Assembly (NCBI GenBank): GCA_020348445.1
Contig: CP070751.1
Location: forward strand, 3,463,551-3,527,550
Length of the DNA: 64,000 nt
From: Thermoplasmata archaeon
GTDB lineage: Archaea; Thermoplasmatota; Thermoplasmata; GCA-020350865
Direction: 5' to 3'
The translations under genes and the position numbers were made by a program. Below, one piece after another: positions 9,977-19,513 of the stretch; the stretch's first letter is position 1; every line of letters begins with the position of its first letter. The notes under the pieces are model-generated. The model searched no databases and was not told where the DNA came from. It saw only the letters and a program-made list of their open reading frames with translations.

Positions 9977-10075
9977 GCCCTTAGGCTTAAGATAACAGCT
10001 CTTTATTGCATAACCTAAGGGCTAAGTGGACTATGAAAAAATCATGTAGGAAATGGAATAGGCCACGAAGGAGGG
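9977..10075. repeat. Dispersed 99-bp structured intergenic element, copy 1
   Basis: 88/99 identical without gaps to 23246-23344; perfect stem GCCCTTAGG/CCTAAGGGC plus second stem GTGG.CTAT/ATAG.CCAC. Confidence 0.9.
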
Positions 10076-10172
10076 CGTCCTTGGGGGAGGGAAAAGGTAA
10101 TATCAAAGATAAAAACTGAAGAATGTCGTTTCTTTCAAAAACCTTCTTAAGGCTCATATCCATTCTGAATCC

Positions 10173-10754
10173 ATGCTGAGGGACAAGAAAGAAAGAATGA
10201 AAAAGTTGGACGATAAGATATGTGAAGGGGAGGTGGACAAGGAGATACTGCCGATTATCGAGAAGATAAACTCAAATCCCAATTACTTCACCACAAGCAG
10301 TTGTGCAGGAAGAATCGCAGTAATAGGGCTTTCAGAAATAGGCGATAAGGAAGGAGCTGAATTCCTGGGCAAATGGCATCGAGAAGTTGAAGTTCAGGAG
10401 GTAGTGAAGGCCTATTCAAAGGTCAAGGACTACAAAAACATCTTCCTTTTGGCTCAATCACCAATTATCCATGTGAGGTGTAGAACACTAGAAAGCGCTG
10501 TTGCACTGAGGAACCTCGCAGCAGAATCCGGATTGAAGTACTCAACCATAAAATCACTCACCCTTGATTCAAAAAATGATCCTCAGAAAATAGTGGTTGA
10601 AATTCTCAGTTCCGAAAATATTCATGTGCCAATTGCAAGGGATGCTAAGGTATACCCAGATGAGGATTACCTCTCTTTTTTGGTAGAAAACGCCAATTTA
10701 GCACTTAAAAGGGCAAGGCAAAAATTAATGAAATTCAAACAAAACCTGCCCTAA
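10173..10754 (+). CDS. taw3: tRNA wybutosine-synthesis methyltransferase Taw3/TYW3
   Basis: VDKEILPIIEKIN...YFTTSSCAGRI signature; FLGKWH; PIIHVRCR. Confidence 0.9.
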   Translation: MLRDKKERMKKLDDKICEGEVDKEILPIIEKINSNPNYFTTSSCAGRIAVIGLSEIGDKEGAEFLGKWHREVEVQEVVKAYSKVKDYKNIFLLAQSPIIHVRCRTLESAVALRNLAAESGLKYSTIKSLTLDSKNDPQKIVVEILSSENIHVPIARDAKVYPDEDYLSFLVENANLALKRARQKLMKFKQNLP

Positions 10755-11977
10755 AGTTCGAATTCCTCCATTAATTTTGGTAAATAAAAATTGTACGAAT
10801 CCTTGAGTTCCTCGTAAATGGCCTCCCTGTTGTCGCTGTGGCATAAAATGACATTCTCAGGCTCGCATCCATGAATGAAGTCCACAAGTTCCTTATGTCC
10901 AGAATGTGCAGAGAAGTCAAAGAAACATACCTCGCAGTTAACCTTCTGAGTCACGCCCTGTAGTCTTATTTTTCCCTCATCCATAAGTAACCTTCCATTG
11001 GTTCCCTCAACTTGAAAGCCCGTAAGAAGTATGGCGTTTTTTGGATCGCCCTTGAGCTTCTGAATGTAGCTTAAAACCGGACCCCCATCCAGCATTCCGC
11101 TTGTTGTTATTATCACCTCGCCTTTTAAAGCGTATTTTCTTCCTTTGAACGAGCGCACCATCTTGATTTTGTTCTTCATCCTCCTCAGTTCCTTGGGTGA
11201 TCTTATGAACTCGGGTTTATTCAGGTAAATATCTGTGATGGAGTTTCCCATGCCATCCACATATATCCTATGTTTCGAATGCTTGAGAATTAGCATGATC
11301 TCCTGGGTCCTTCCAATGGCAAAGGCTGGAATTATGACCTTTCCTCCACGGGAAACGACCTCATCGATTTTCTTTAGGAATTCGTATTCCAGCTTCACCC
11401 TGCTTGGATGATTTCTCCCGGCATAGGTCCCCTCGATTATCAGTGTATCACATTTGACAGGTTTGGTACCTAGAAGCAGATGGGTGTTTAGGGTGTTTAT
11501 GTCCCCTGTAAAAAGTGTTGTTTTCCCTCCTCTTAGCTCGAACATCGTGGCACCAGGGATATGGCCAGCATAGTGAAATTTGACCTCATAGGGACCTACT
11601 TCCCTCTCATCACCGAACTTCGCGGTATCAAAGCTTCGTTTCGCGGTTTTTATATCGTATTTGTCGTACATCTGGGGATATCCTTCTAGGTCACTTATCT
11701 TGAGGTTATCATCGAATAGGACCTCGCTGACCCGCTGGGTCATGACTGTTGAGATAACTGGAGTTTCATATCGACCGCACACCCACGGCACCATACCTGA
11801 ATGATCCAGATGGGAATGGCTCAAAAGAAGAAAATCCACAGGAGGGACCTCTACAGGATATTTTGGTGGATCTGTTGCTGAAAGGCCGTAATCGAAAAGG
11901 AGCCGGAATTTACCCTGGGAAACCAACATACCAAGTCTTCCGACTTCATCCGCACCACCAAGGAACTTTATACGCAT
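10751..11977 (-). CDS. MBL-fold beta-CASP ribonuclease (aCPSF2-like, no KH domains)
   Basis: HSHLDH, HYAGHIPG, TGD, EGTYA, PAFAIGRTQE, TTSGMLDGG, SAHSG motifs. Confidence 0.9.
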   Translation of the reverse strand: MRIKFLGGADEVGRLGMLVSQGKFRLLFDYGLSATDPPKYPVEVPPVDFLLLSHSHLDHSGMVPWVCGRYETPVISTVMTQRVSEVLFDDNLKISDLEGYPQMYDKYDIKTAKRSFDTAKFGDEREVGPYEVKFHYAGHIPGATMFELRGGKTTLFTGDINTLNTHLLLGTKPVKCDTLIIEGTYAGRNHPSRVKLEYEFLKKIDEVVSRGGKVIIPAFAIGRTQEIMLILKHSKHRIYVDGMGNSITDIYLNKPEFIRSPKELRRMKNKIKMVRSFKGRKYALKGEVIITTSGMLDGGPVLSYIQKLKGDPKNAILLTGFQVEGTNGRLLMDEGKIRLQGVTQKVNCEVCFFDFSAHSGHKELVDFIHGCEPENVILCHSDNREAIYEELKDSYNFYLPKLMEEFEL

Positions 11978-12137
11978 GCCACAGGTAATGAATTATGTTC
12001 TATTAATAGATTTGATGGGCTATTTATGTGAATCCTTGCCGTTTTGGATACTTTCTGGTCAAATAGGTGATAATTTCAGCGCTTAAAATAAATATAAGTA
12101 TATTGTATTATATTAACCGACAGAACAAGGGATTTGG

Positions 12138-12686
12138 ATGCAAACAAATGTTGAAAAGAAGGTCTGCCTTCTCGGTGATTGGGGAGTGGGCAAGACCTCG
12201 CTAATTCGGCGTTACGTTTACAATGCCTTTGATGACCATTATCTGAGCACTCTCGGCGTAAAGGTCTCAAAAAAGGGTTTTTTAATCAAGGATTTTAAAA
12301 AAAGGCCCTTTCTCAAGGTGAACCTCACCATGCTCATTTGGGATTTGGTGGGCCAAAGGGGCTTTCAATATCTGCAGGCTTCTGCATTTAAGGGTACAAA
12401 TGGAGCGCTTGTTGTATGCGATATTACACGGCCGGAAACAATTTCCGCCATGGAGAAATGGGTGTCCTCCATATTCGCCGAGACAAAGCCCATCCCCCTG
12501 ATATTCCTCGTCAATAAAGTTGATTTAACGGAAAATGGCGTGCCTTTGGAGTTGAAAGCCGATATAGAAAAGCTTGTGGATAAATATCACGGTCAATTCT
12601 TCCCCACAAGTGCTAAAACAGGTATGAATGTGGAAGAGGCTTTTCAAACCATTGGGAAGATACTCACAAGGAAATTTTTTGAATAA
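12138..12686 (+). CDS. Rab/Ras-like small GTPase
   Basis: G1 GDWGVGKT, G2 YLSTLG, G3 WDLVGQ, G4 NKVD, G5 SAKTG. Confidence 0.9.
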   Translation: MQTNVEKKVCLLGDWGVGKTSLIRRYVYNAFDDHYLSTLGVKVSKKGFLIKDFKKRPFLKVNLTMLIWDLVGQRGFQYLQASAFKGTNGALVVCDITRPETISAMEKWVSSIFAETKPIPLIFLVNKVDLTENGVPLELKADIEKLVDKYHGQFFPTSAKTGMNVEEAFQTIGKILTRKFFE

Positions 12687-12729
12687 AAGCAATTTATCGA
12701 TTGTCCTCAAATAAGAGGACGAAATGAAC

Positions 12730-14481
12730 TCACATCCCCCAGAACTGGTTATTCTTCCTCTTGATTTCACAGACCTTGTCTAAAACTTCCTTTTCGTCCA
12801 CATTCAACTCAGTCTCACAGAGGCATTTGTAGTCATCCCCAGGAATATCCACGTATAATATATCCTCGACACATAGTTGGCGGCCCACTGTGACACCATC
12901 AACAGAAATCGCGATTTCATCCCCGGAAATTGCCTCCTTTAGGCTCTTTCCTTCGCTTTGGATGCTTTTGATCCTTCCCACCACCTTCCCATCAGGTCTG
13001 AGAATCCCCTGACCAGGCCTGATTCTCCCTGCCAGTACCCTCACACCGATTATTGCAGGCTTGCTCACTCTAAAAACACAGTCGGGAAGAACCTTGAACA
13101 TCCCGGGATGGGGCCTCTCACCCCGTGCCTCCTTATCCAGTTCAATCTTCCTCTTCTCAGTCCACTCCTCATAATCTTTCATGAGCTTGTATATGATTGA
13201 GCTTTCGAAAACCACTGGACCAACACAGCGCTCGATCTCATCTTTTGCATCTGAAAGAAGCTTCACATTGAAGGCCAAAATCGCCTTTTTTAAAGGCTCG
13301 TTGGAGGTTGCAGCCTCGATTACATCCCGCTTGGACACATCACCAACCCCAGCCTTCTTAATTGGAATCCCCCTGTCTTTGAGCTCATATGCAAGGGCTT
13401 CCAAAGAACCGATGGCATCTGCCTTGACAACTAGGCCCTCATCTGCGGTTTCTATTTCGAGCTTCATCTCAGATTGTATCTCCTTTACTATTCCCTCTTC
13501 ATCCTCCACTGCAACCTTAAGAGGCGCCCCTGCAATGACGGCTTCAAGATCTGGGGCCGATATCTTTACACCTGCCGCTGCTGATATGCTGTCGCATAAA
13601 TCGAACTGATCTTTTGGATCCCTTATTTCGTCCAGGGGTCTTGGCCTAAGGAGCGCTTTTACCTTGGTGACCACAGCTTTCTGGGTTGTGCCAATCACGA
13701 TTTTGTCTCCCCTGTTTAAAGTTCCATGGTGGATTATTACATCGACTGTGGTGCCAAGGCCCTTTTCTTCCTTGACCTCAAGGATCGTACCTTCAGCAGG
13801 GCCTTCCTCTTTCTCAAGCTGTTTTTCAAGATAACGCTGTGCCAATCCTACTAATATTAACAGAAGGTCTGGAATGCCCTCTCCATACTTTGCAGACATC
13901 GGGACCAATGCGATTGTCTTTTGAAAGTCCTCGATTTTATCGTATCTTTCTGAAGGGAAGCCCTCGGCATATAGCTTGCCCACCAGATTGTATAGAATTT
14001 CATCGAGCTTTTCCTGAACCTGCTCTGATTGAGTTTCTAAAGACTCGTGAAAACAAATATCCTCCTGGGATCTCCATCCCGCCAATCTGTCGATCTTGTT
14101 CACGGCCACGACAAAGGGAGTTTTATATCGTCTCAGAATGTTTATGGATTCCAGGGTCTGAGGCTTTATTCCCTCCATTATATCGATTACCAATACAGCC
14201 AGATCGGCCAGGGCTCCTCCTCTGGATCTCAATGTGGTAAAGGAATAATGGCCTGGAGTATCGATGAAAAGCAAACCCGGGACAGTAAAATCCTTACCTT
14301 TCATCAATTTACCACAGATATGTTTTATCGTGTCAATGGGCACTTCTGTCGCCCCGATGTGTTGTGTGATCTTGCCCGCTTCTCGTGAGGCCACAGCGCT
14401 ACCCCTAATATTGTCAAGAAGGGTTGTCTTTCCGTGGTCCACGTGACCTAAGACCGATACTATGGGCTGACGGATTTTCAT
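12730..14481 (-). CDS. infB: Translation initiation factor IF2/aIF5B
   Basis: RQPIVSVLGHVDHGKTT, ITQHIGAT, FIDTPGH, NKID, SAKYGEG. Confidence 0.97.
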   Translation of the reverse strand: MKIRQPIVSVLGHVDHGKTTLLDNIRGSAVASREAGKITQHIGATEVPIDTIKHICGKLMKGKDFTVPGLLFIDTPGHYSFTTLRSRGGALADLAVLVIDIMEGIKPQTLESINILRRYKTPFVVAVNKIDRLAGWRSQEDICFHESLETQSEQVQEKLDEILYNLVGKLYAEGFPSERYDKIEDFQKTIALVPMSAKYGEGIPDLLLILVGLAQRYLEKQLEKEEGPAEGTILEVKEEKGLGTTVDVIIHHGTLNRGDKIVIGTTQKAVVTKVKALLRPRPLDEIRDPKDQFDLCDSISAAAGVKISAPDLEAVIAGAPLKVAVEDEEGIVKEIQSEMKLEIETADEGLVVKADAIGSLEALAYELKDRGIPIKKAGVGDVSKRDVIEAATSNEPLKKAILAFNVKLLSDAKDEIERCVGPVVFESSIIYKLMKDYEEWTEKRKIELDKEARGERPHPGMFKVLPDCVFRVSKPAIIGVRVLAGRIRPGQGILRPDGKVVGRIKSIQSEGKSLKEAISGDEIAISVDGVTVGRQLCVEDILYVDIPGDDYKCLCETELNVDEKEVLDKVCEIKRKNNQFWGM

Positions 14482-14603
14482 TGCCGTTCCTCTGTTTCTC
14501 TTGGAATATGGGATTGGATATATGTATTTTGTGGCAAATAAAAAAATTTATACCTCATAAGTCTTATATTAATTGATAGTGAAAGTCAGCAACCGGTGAG
14601 ATT

Positions 14604-15041
14604 GTGGGAATGTTACCCAATTCTCCTAACGTTTATGAAGGAGAAAACTACATTGAAGAAAATCCCAGGGAATTCAAAACACTTGCATTAACAGCAAGAA
14701 TAATATTAATTATATGGGGTGTCATTGTTATTATTATGGGAGTATACCTTCCAATAATGATATCTTCCAAATATTCAGGTTATACTGGGGCTGAGATGGC
14801 AAGCCAAGTTACTGGAACCGTCTTTCCTATTGTTGGAACAATGGTTGTGGTTCTTGTCATTACCTCATTTTATAGAGCCCAAGACAGCCAATGGACAAAT
14901 TCTGCGATCTTATCGGGGATATTTGCAAGTATTTTACTTTGTGACGGGATGCTCAATGTGGGGGTATTAGGTTTGGTATTATGTATAACTGCTCTTTTGC
15001 TTCTAATTCTTTCGAAAACACAGGGAGTGCATAAATTATAA
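14604..15041 (+). CDS. Hypothetical membrane protein (about 4 TM)
   Basis: GTG start behind GGTGA; four hydrophobic segments; no family recognised. Confidence 0.7.
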   Translation: MGMLPNSPNVYEGENYIEENPREFKTLALTARIILIIWGVIVIIMGVYLPIMISSKYSGYTGAEMASQVTGTVFPIVGTMVVVLVITSFYRAQDSQWTNSAILSGIFASILLCDGMLNVGVLGLVLCITALLLLILSKTQGVHKL

Positions 15042-15092
15042 GGCCTGATTCGATTTACAAAGGTGTTAGACCTTATTTAATTTGATACAACA

Positions 15093-16001
15093 TTAAAACC
15101 TATACCCAACATCGCTTACCAAAGCAGCCCAAGAGCCTTTTTTCTGTGCAGTAAGAGATGCAAAATACGTACCCATTCCAGCCGCTTTTTTGGCATCTTT
15201 TGAAATCAGATAATCTCCTAAAAAGCCTCCAATATAAGAATCCCCACAACCTGTGGTATCCACAACTGTAACTTCATTTGCATTCATGTAATGCATATTT
15301 CTACCATCGTAAACCAAGGAACCTTTGCTGCCCAGTGTGATTACTGCCAAATCCACACCTTCTGAATGGAATATCGAAGCCATATCCTCTGGTTTATCTA
15401 GACCCGTTAAGGTTCCGGCCTCTTTCTCATTGGCAAATACGAGGTCCAAGTACTGCCAATTGAGCTTGGCAAAAAAATCCTCCTTCTTGTAATCATCGAT
15501 AAAATACTCGGATAGGTTGAGGGATAGGATATCACTGTGTCCTTTCAACCTCTGTACCAATTCCATTTGTTCTTGCGGCTTTATAGGGCAAATGTGTATG
15601 CCTTCTGCTCTCGGCAGGATTTTAATGGCTAAATTCGAAGATACAGCATCGCTGCACTCAATAAGCTCTTTGTTTCCTTTTTCATCGTATATGATCTTGA
15701 CCTTTAAGCTCTCATCCTTATCTGATATTTCCACCTTTGAGATATCGATGCCCAGATTCTCGAGTACAGAGAGCCATTCTGATGAAAAATCCTTCCCCAC
15801 TTTGGAATAAATCGAAGTCACAACTCCCGTCTGAACCGAAGCAGTCGCCACAGCGGCTGCAGAACCTCCGGGTAGAGAACGAACCCCAAGGATCGGATGT
15901 ACAATCTCGTCTATTGCTAGATGACCTATTATTCCTAAAGAAGGCTTTGTTTCACTGGGTAACTCGGCTCTCATTAACGGATTAGGAGGTAATTGATGCA
16001 T
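15093..16001 (-). CDS. PfkB family carbohydrate/nucleoside kinase
   Basis: PGGSAAA, ANEKEA, VITLGSKGS, VVDTTGCGDSYIGGF. Confidence 0.88.
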   Translation of the reverse strand: MHQLPPNPLMRAELPSETKPSLGIIGHLAIDEIVHPILGVRSLPGGSAAAVATASVQTGVVTSIYSKVGKDFSSEWLSVLENLGIDISKVEISDKDESLKVKIIYDEKGNKELIECSDAVSSNLAIKILPRAEGIHICPIKPQEQMELVQRLKGHSDILSLNLSEYFIDDYKKEDFFAKLNWQYLDLVFANEKEAGTLTGLDKPEDMASIFHSEGVDLAVITLGSKGSLVYDGRNMHYMNANEVTVVDTTGCGDSYIGGFLGDYLISKDAKKAAGMGTYFASLTAQKKGSWAALVSDVGYRF

Positions 16002-16119
16002 ATTATCACTCTGGCAATGCTATTGTATCTATTAAGGATTATGCTTTTTACCTCGAAAGTTATTTTACTGGTCAAACCTTTGCAGTAAAGTTGTAATATA
16101 TCACTTACAGGGTTTTTCA

Positions 16120-16917
16120 ATGAGGCTCGGAGTCAAGGCAAGATTCACAGACGCTGAATCAATGGCAAGATTGGGTACAGATTTGATTGAGGTTTTTGTC
16201 GGTGAGAGGGATCTTTCTCAATATGAAAAGGAGATGGTAAAGACCTTTTGTGGAATTTCTGCGAAATTAAAAATAGAATATGTGATACACAATCAAGAGT
16301 ACTTTACTGATGATAAAAACTATCATCTTGTGGATTTGGCCTCGCAAGATGAGAACTTAAGGAAACAGGCCATTAAAATAGTCAAAAAGACCCTGGGTTT
16401 TGCAGAAAAAATCTATGCCTCATACGTCATTATTCATCCAGGTGGGATATCACCTGAAGTTGAGGATAAGCAAAAGCTCTTAAACACACTAGAAAAGTCA
16501 CTTGTAGAGATCGGGGATAAAAGATTAATTTTGGAGAACATGCCTTGGTTCTATATCATGCGCAATGGCGAGATCTGGAGAAGCAACATCTGTGTAGAAC
16601 CTGAGGATTTTTTTAATTTCTCGGATCTAGTCGGTGGTGTGACATTTGATATATGCCATGCTTACCTCTCCACAAAAGAAGGAGGAAACCATCATATTCA
16701 TAATATGAAACAAAACCTAAAAGATATGATACGTCATGTTCATATCGCCGATGCAAAACCTCCACATAACGAAGGAATACAGATAGGAGAGGGAAATATC
16801 GATTTCACCATGCTTGCTGATTTTAAAGTGGGAGTAGTACCAGAGATAATAGGCGGTCACGAAAATGACGGAGAGGGGTTTAAAATAGCTATTGCCAGGT
16901 TAAGTAACTATCAGTAA
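16120..16917 (+). CDS. Sugar phosphate isomerase/epimerase, AP-endonuclease-2 TIM barrel family
   Basis: IIHPG, LILENMP, TFDICHA, HVHIAD metal-binding pattern. Confidence 0.8.
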   Translation: MRLGVKARFTDAESMARLGTDLIEVFVGERDLSQYEKEMVKTFCGISAKLKIEYVIHNQEYFTDDKNYHLVDLASQDENLRKQAIKIVKKTLGFAEKIYASYVIIHPGGISPEVEDKQKLLNTLEKSLVEIGDKRLILENMPWFYIMRNGEIWRSNICVEPEDFFNFSDLVGGVTFDICHAYLSTKEGGNHHIHNMKQNLKDMIRHVHIADAKPPHNEGIQIGEGNIDFTMLADFKVGVVPEIIGGHENDGEGFKIAIARLSNYQ

Positions 16918-17048
16918 CTGGGTTGATTGCAGAATCACTTTGAACCCTGCCTTGCCTGCTGCCCTCGGCAACTTGATCAAATAGCATCCTTTGGAATGGG
17001 TGCCTCGCCAAATTACAGTGTGGATGCTGAGTTCTTCGTGTAATTTCT

Positions 17049-17372
17049 TTAACCGAAGAGTGCACCGAGACCTGCTGCAGCGTCCTCTTCTGATGCTTCT
17101 TCTTTTTCCTTCTTCTCTTCCTTCTTTTCGCCTTTCTTCTCCTCTTTTGCTGGGGGCTCTCCAGTTGCGGGTGCAGGAGCTGCGACAGCTGCAATCTGGG
17201 CGGGTGTGGCCATGGCCTCTTCTATGTTCACTCCCTCTAATGAGGCTGTTAAAGCCTTTACCCTGGCTTCGTCAGGTTTCACACCTGCTGCTTGCAGTAC
17301 CTTTGATATTCCCTGCTCCGTTATTTCCTTTCCAGCAGCGTGGAGCAACATGGCGCTGTATATATATTCCAT
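17049..17372 (-). CDS. rpl12: 50S ribosomal protein L12 (aP1)
   Basis: [19 protein letters not shown]... ending [13 protein letters not shown]; start set at the ATG at 17372. Confidence 0.96.
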   Translation of the reverse strand: MEYIYSAMLLHAAGKEITEQGISKVLQAAGVKPDEARVKALTASLEGVNIEEAMATPAQIAAVAAPAPATGEPPAKEEKKGEKKEEKKEKEEASEEDAAAGLGALFG

Positions 17373-17407
17373 CTTTCTCTCCTCCGTTTTATTAATCCTT
17401 AATATCA

Positions 17408-18334
17408 TTATTCAGATTGGGGGCTTTCTTCCCCCTTCTCCTTTGGTTTTTCTTGTTTCTTATCCTTCTTTTCTTTTCCACCCATGACCTCTGGTACATG
17501 GGATGCCAGCGATAAAGCCTGCATTTGAGCCTTTGAAAGCAACATTCCCATGGAATCAAGTGTGGGTATCTCGGCGTTAAATGTCAAGTTGAGCGCGTTT
17601 TGATGCGCATTTCGCAACATGAGGTGAATGTTCTGGGAAGTTGGATAACAGATGAACATGGATAAATTGAAAGCAGAGGAAGAGGCAATTTTCATGTTTC
17701 TGATGTAGCTTTGAACATCCACATCAAGAACATCCCTTAAAAAGACGGTATCAGCTTCAAATCCCGCCATGAGATTCAGACCCACGGTCATTGGATATAT
17801 CTCCAGTCTCGTGAGCATTTTGGCCACGTCCCTTGGAATGCGCTCACCCTTTTTTACCAAGGTCTTGTCCTTCTTTATGACGACCTTCCCCCTTTCGATA
17901 GCCGCAGGGAAACCAGCCTTCTGCAGCTCCCCTACAATTGGGCCGGGTTTAAAGGGTGTGTCCCCCTCCTTTATCTCGATGTCGTCGGGAGCAACCTCAC
18001 CCCCTTTTGCAGGGGCCTTTATCATAGTGGCTTCCATGGCCCGAAACAACCTGAAGGCATTGATTTCGGATGCTAAAAGACCTCTTTGACCATCCAGAGA
18101 ATCCATGAGTTTTTCGATGTTCTTCTTCTGCTCAGATGCCCTGTTCAATGCTATTCGAAGCAATGTGTTCTTCGTGACCACGAACTTGCTCCCAGAAGGA
18201 AGATTCTTCCTTATCTGCTGAAGCTGGGATGCAGGAATACCTTCGATGTCAACTATACCTATAACAGGATTTTCCAGGAGCATCTGGGTGAGTGCCTCGA
18301 CCTTGCTCTTTTTGTATTTTGCCACATGTGTCAT
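17408..18334 (-). CDS. rplP0: 50S ribosomal protein uL10/P0
   Basis: [33 protein letters not shown]; lies between rpl1 and rpl12. Confidence 0.96.
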   Translation of the reverse strand: MTHVAKYKKSKVEALTQMLLENPVIGIVDIEGIPASQLQQIRKNLPSGSKFVVTKNTLLRIALNRASEQKKNIEKLMDSLDGQRGLLASEINAFRLFRAMEATMIKAPAKGGEVAPDDIEIKEGDTPFKPGPIVGELQKAGFPAAIERGKVVIKKDKTLVKKGERIPRDVAKMLTRLEIYPMTVGLNLMAGFEADTVFLRDVLDVDVQSYIRNMKIASSSAFNLSMFICYPTSQNIHLMLRNAHQNALNLTFNAEIPTLDSMGMLLSKAQMQALSLASHVPEVMGGKEKKDKKQEKPKEKGEESPQSE

Positions 18335-18346
18335 ATTCTACACCCC

Positions 18347-18991
18347 CTACATCAGCCTAACAGATTTTCCCATAGTGGTTTTAATGTACACCGAGGCAAT
18401 GTTCATTTTTCCCCTCTCCAGTTTTCCAATGAGCCTTTTTATGATCTCATCAACATTCTCAGCCAAATCCTCGATGCTCATTTCTTTAGTTCCCACAGGT
18501 GCATGAAATGTTCTTCTATCCTTAGAGCGAATTCTAACAGTTCTTCTGAGATTATTTATGAGCGGTGCTGGATCGGCAGAAGGTGGTATGGGCTTTGGCA
18601 TCTTGCCCCTGGGACCCAAAACGACCCCGAGCTTCTTACCTATGACTGGCATAAGAGGTGCCTCAGCCACAAAGAAAACGTGGTCATTTGCCAGTTTCTT
18701 TGCCTGCTTTTTGTCATCAGCTAAATCATCCAGTTCTTCTGGTGTGATTACCAAATCCGCGACCTTTTTTGCCTTGATTGCCAGCTCGCCGCTACCAAAA
18801 ACCGCTATCTTAATTGGCTTTCCCCTACCATTGGGCAGTAAAACCTCGTCATCGACTCTATTTTTAGGAATAGACAAATCGATATCTTTTAAGTTTATAG
18901 CCAAATCCACACTTTCTGAAAATTTACGTGCCTTTGAGGTTTCAATGGCGTCTTTTACAGCCTTGAGGGTTTTTTTCTCAGCCAAATGCAT
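18347..18991 (-). CDS. rpl1: 50S ribosomal protein uL1
   Basis: RKFSESVDLAINLK, LPNGRGK, LGPRGKMP, YIKTTMG. Confidence 0.97.
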   Translation of the reverse strand: MHLAEKKTLKAVKDAIETSKARKFSESVDLAINLKDIDLSIPKNRVDDEVLLPNGRGKPIKIAVFGSGELAIKAKKVADLVITPEELDDLADDKKQAKKLANDHVFFVAEAPLMPVIGKKLGVVLGPRGKMPKPIPPSADPAPLINNLRRTVRIRSKDRRTFHAPVGTKEMSIEDLAENVDEIIKRLIGKLERGKMNIASVYIKTTMGKSVRLM

Positions 18992-18998
18992 TCCCCCT

Positions 18999-19032
18999 GT
19001 AGTTTTGCGAGAACAGCCGGGTTCTCTCCTAC
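18999..19032 (-). promoter_or_regulatory. uL1-binding autoregulatory RNA element in the rpl1 leader
   Basis: GUAG-GA-GAGAAC-ccggcu-GUUCUC-GCAAAA-CUAC: two helices around a GA/GCAAAA asymmetric loop, as I recall the uL1 site in 23S rRNA and Methanococcus L1 mRNA (GA/GCGAAA); immediately 5' of the GGGGGA SD. Confidence 0.8.
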
Positions 19033-19102
19033 ATGCGAGTTCTTTCTTTTTGCGGGTTTACCCTAATAATTCCCCTTGTTTATAAGGCTTTGCATTATCG
19101 AT

Positions 19103-19513
19103 CTAGTCCCATATTGTCCTTATGGTTTTATTTTTCCCTACCTCTTCATCATTGGTGATAACCTGGGCGTCTTTACTTTTTGCTATAGCACAGATCATCC
19201 TGTCATGAAGCTCGGGTATGTCCAAAGCTAAAAATTCCTCCCAAGCCGTATAATCCATACCAACAATATCAATATATTTTGAACTGTCCATTGAAATTAA
19301 AACTTCCATTATCAAGCTCTTTGGATTCGAGGTTTTCAATCTACCTTTTAAGGAAATATAGATAAATTCACCTATTACGATTTCCGGGATTAGCAATCTG
19401 CATTTATTTTGTTCAGCCAATTTAAATATCTTATCAGCGTTCGCTGGTAAATCATTTTGCAGATAACTTACCAATCCAATTGTATCAACCAAATATTCTC
19501 TCATAACACCCAT
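19103..19513 (-). CDS. vapC: PIN-domain toxin (VapC)
   Basis: LVDT, IPEIVIGEF, ELHDRMICA, ITND acidic tetrad; overlaps upstream AbrB-type gene. Start may be the ATG at 19504. Confidence 0.85.
   Translation of the reverse strand: MGVMREYLVDTIGLVSYLQNDLPANADKIFKLAEQNKCRLLIPEIVIGEFIYISLKGRLKTSNPKSLIMEVLISMDSSKYIDIVGMDYTAWEEFLALDIPELHDRMICAIAKSKDAQVITNDEEVGKNKTIRTIWD

Noticed and set aside
9977-10075. 99-bp element as pistol/twister/hammerhead ribozyme, TPP or c-di-GMP riboswitch, integron attC, or origin ORB
   Set aside because: Only short chance-level matches (ttaagcc, GCATAAC, G-string); the required core motifs and pairings were not found by eye. A formal Rfam scan is still needed.
16918-17048. 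GC-richer intergenic stretch downstream of rpl12 with stems (agcatcc/ggatgct, gggtt/aaccc) and a GAGG..AGCA SRP-like fragment
   Set aside because: Lacks the SRP GNRA hairpin and tRNA or C/D box hallmarks; compatible with ordinary 3' UTR structure.
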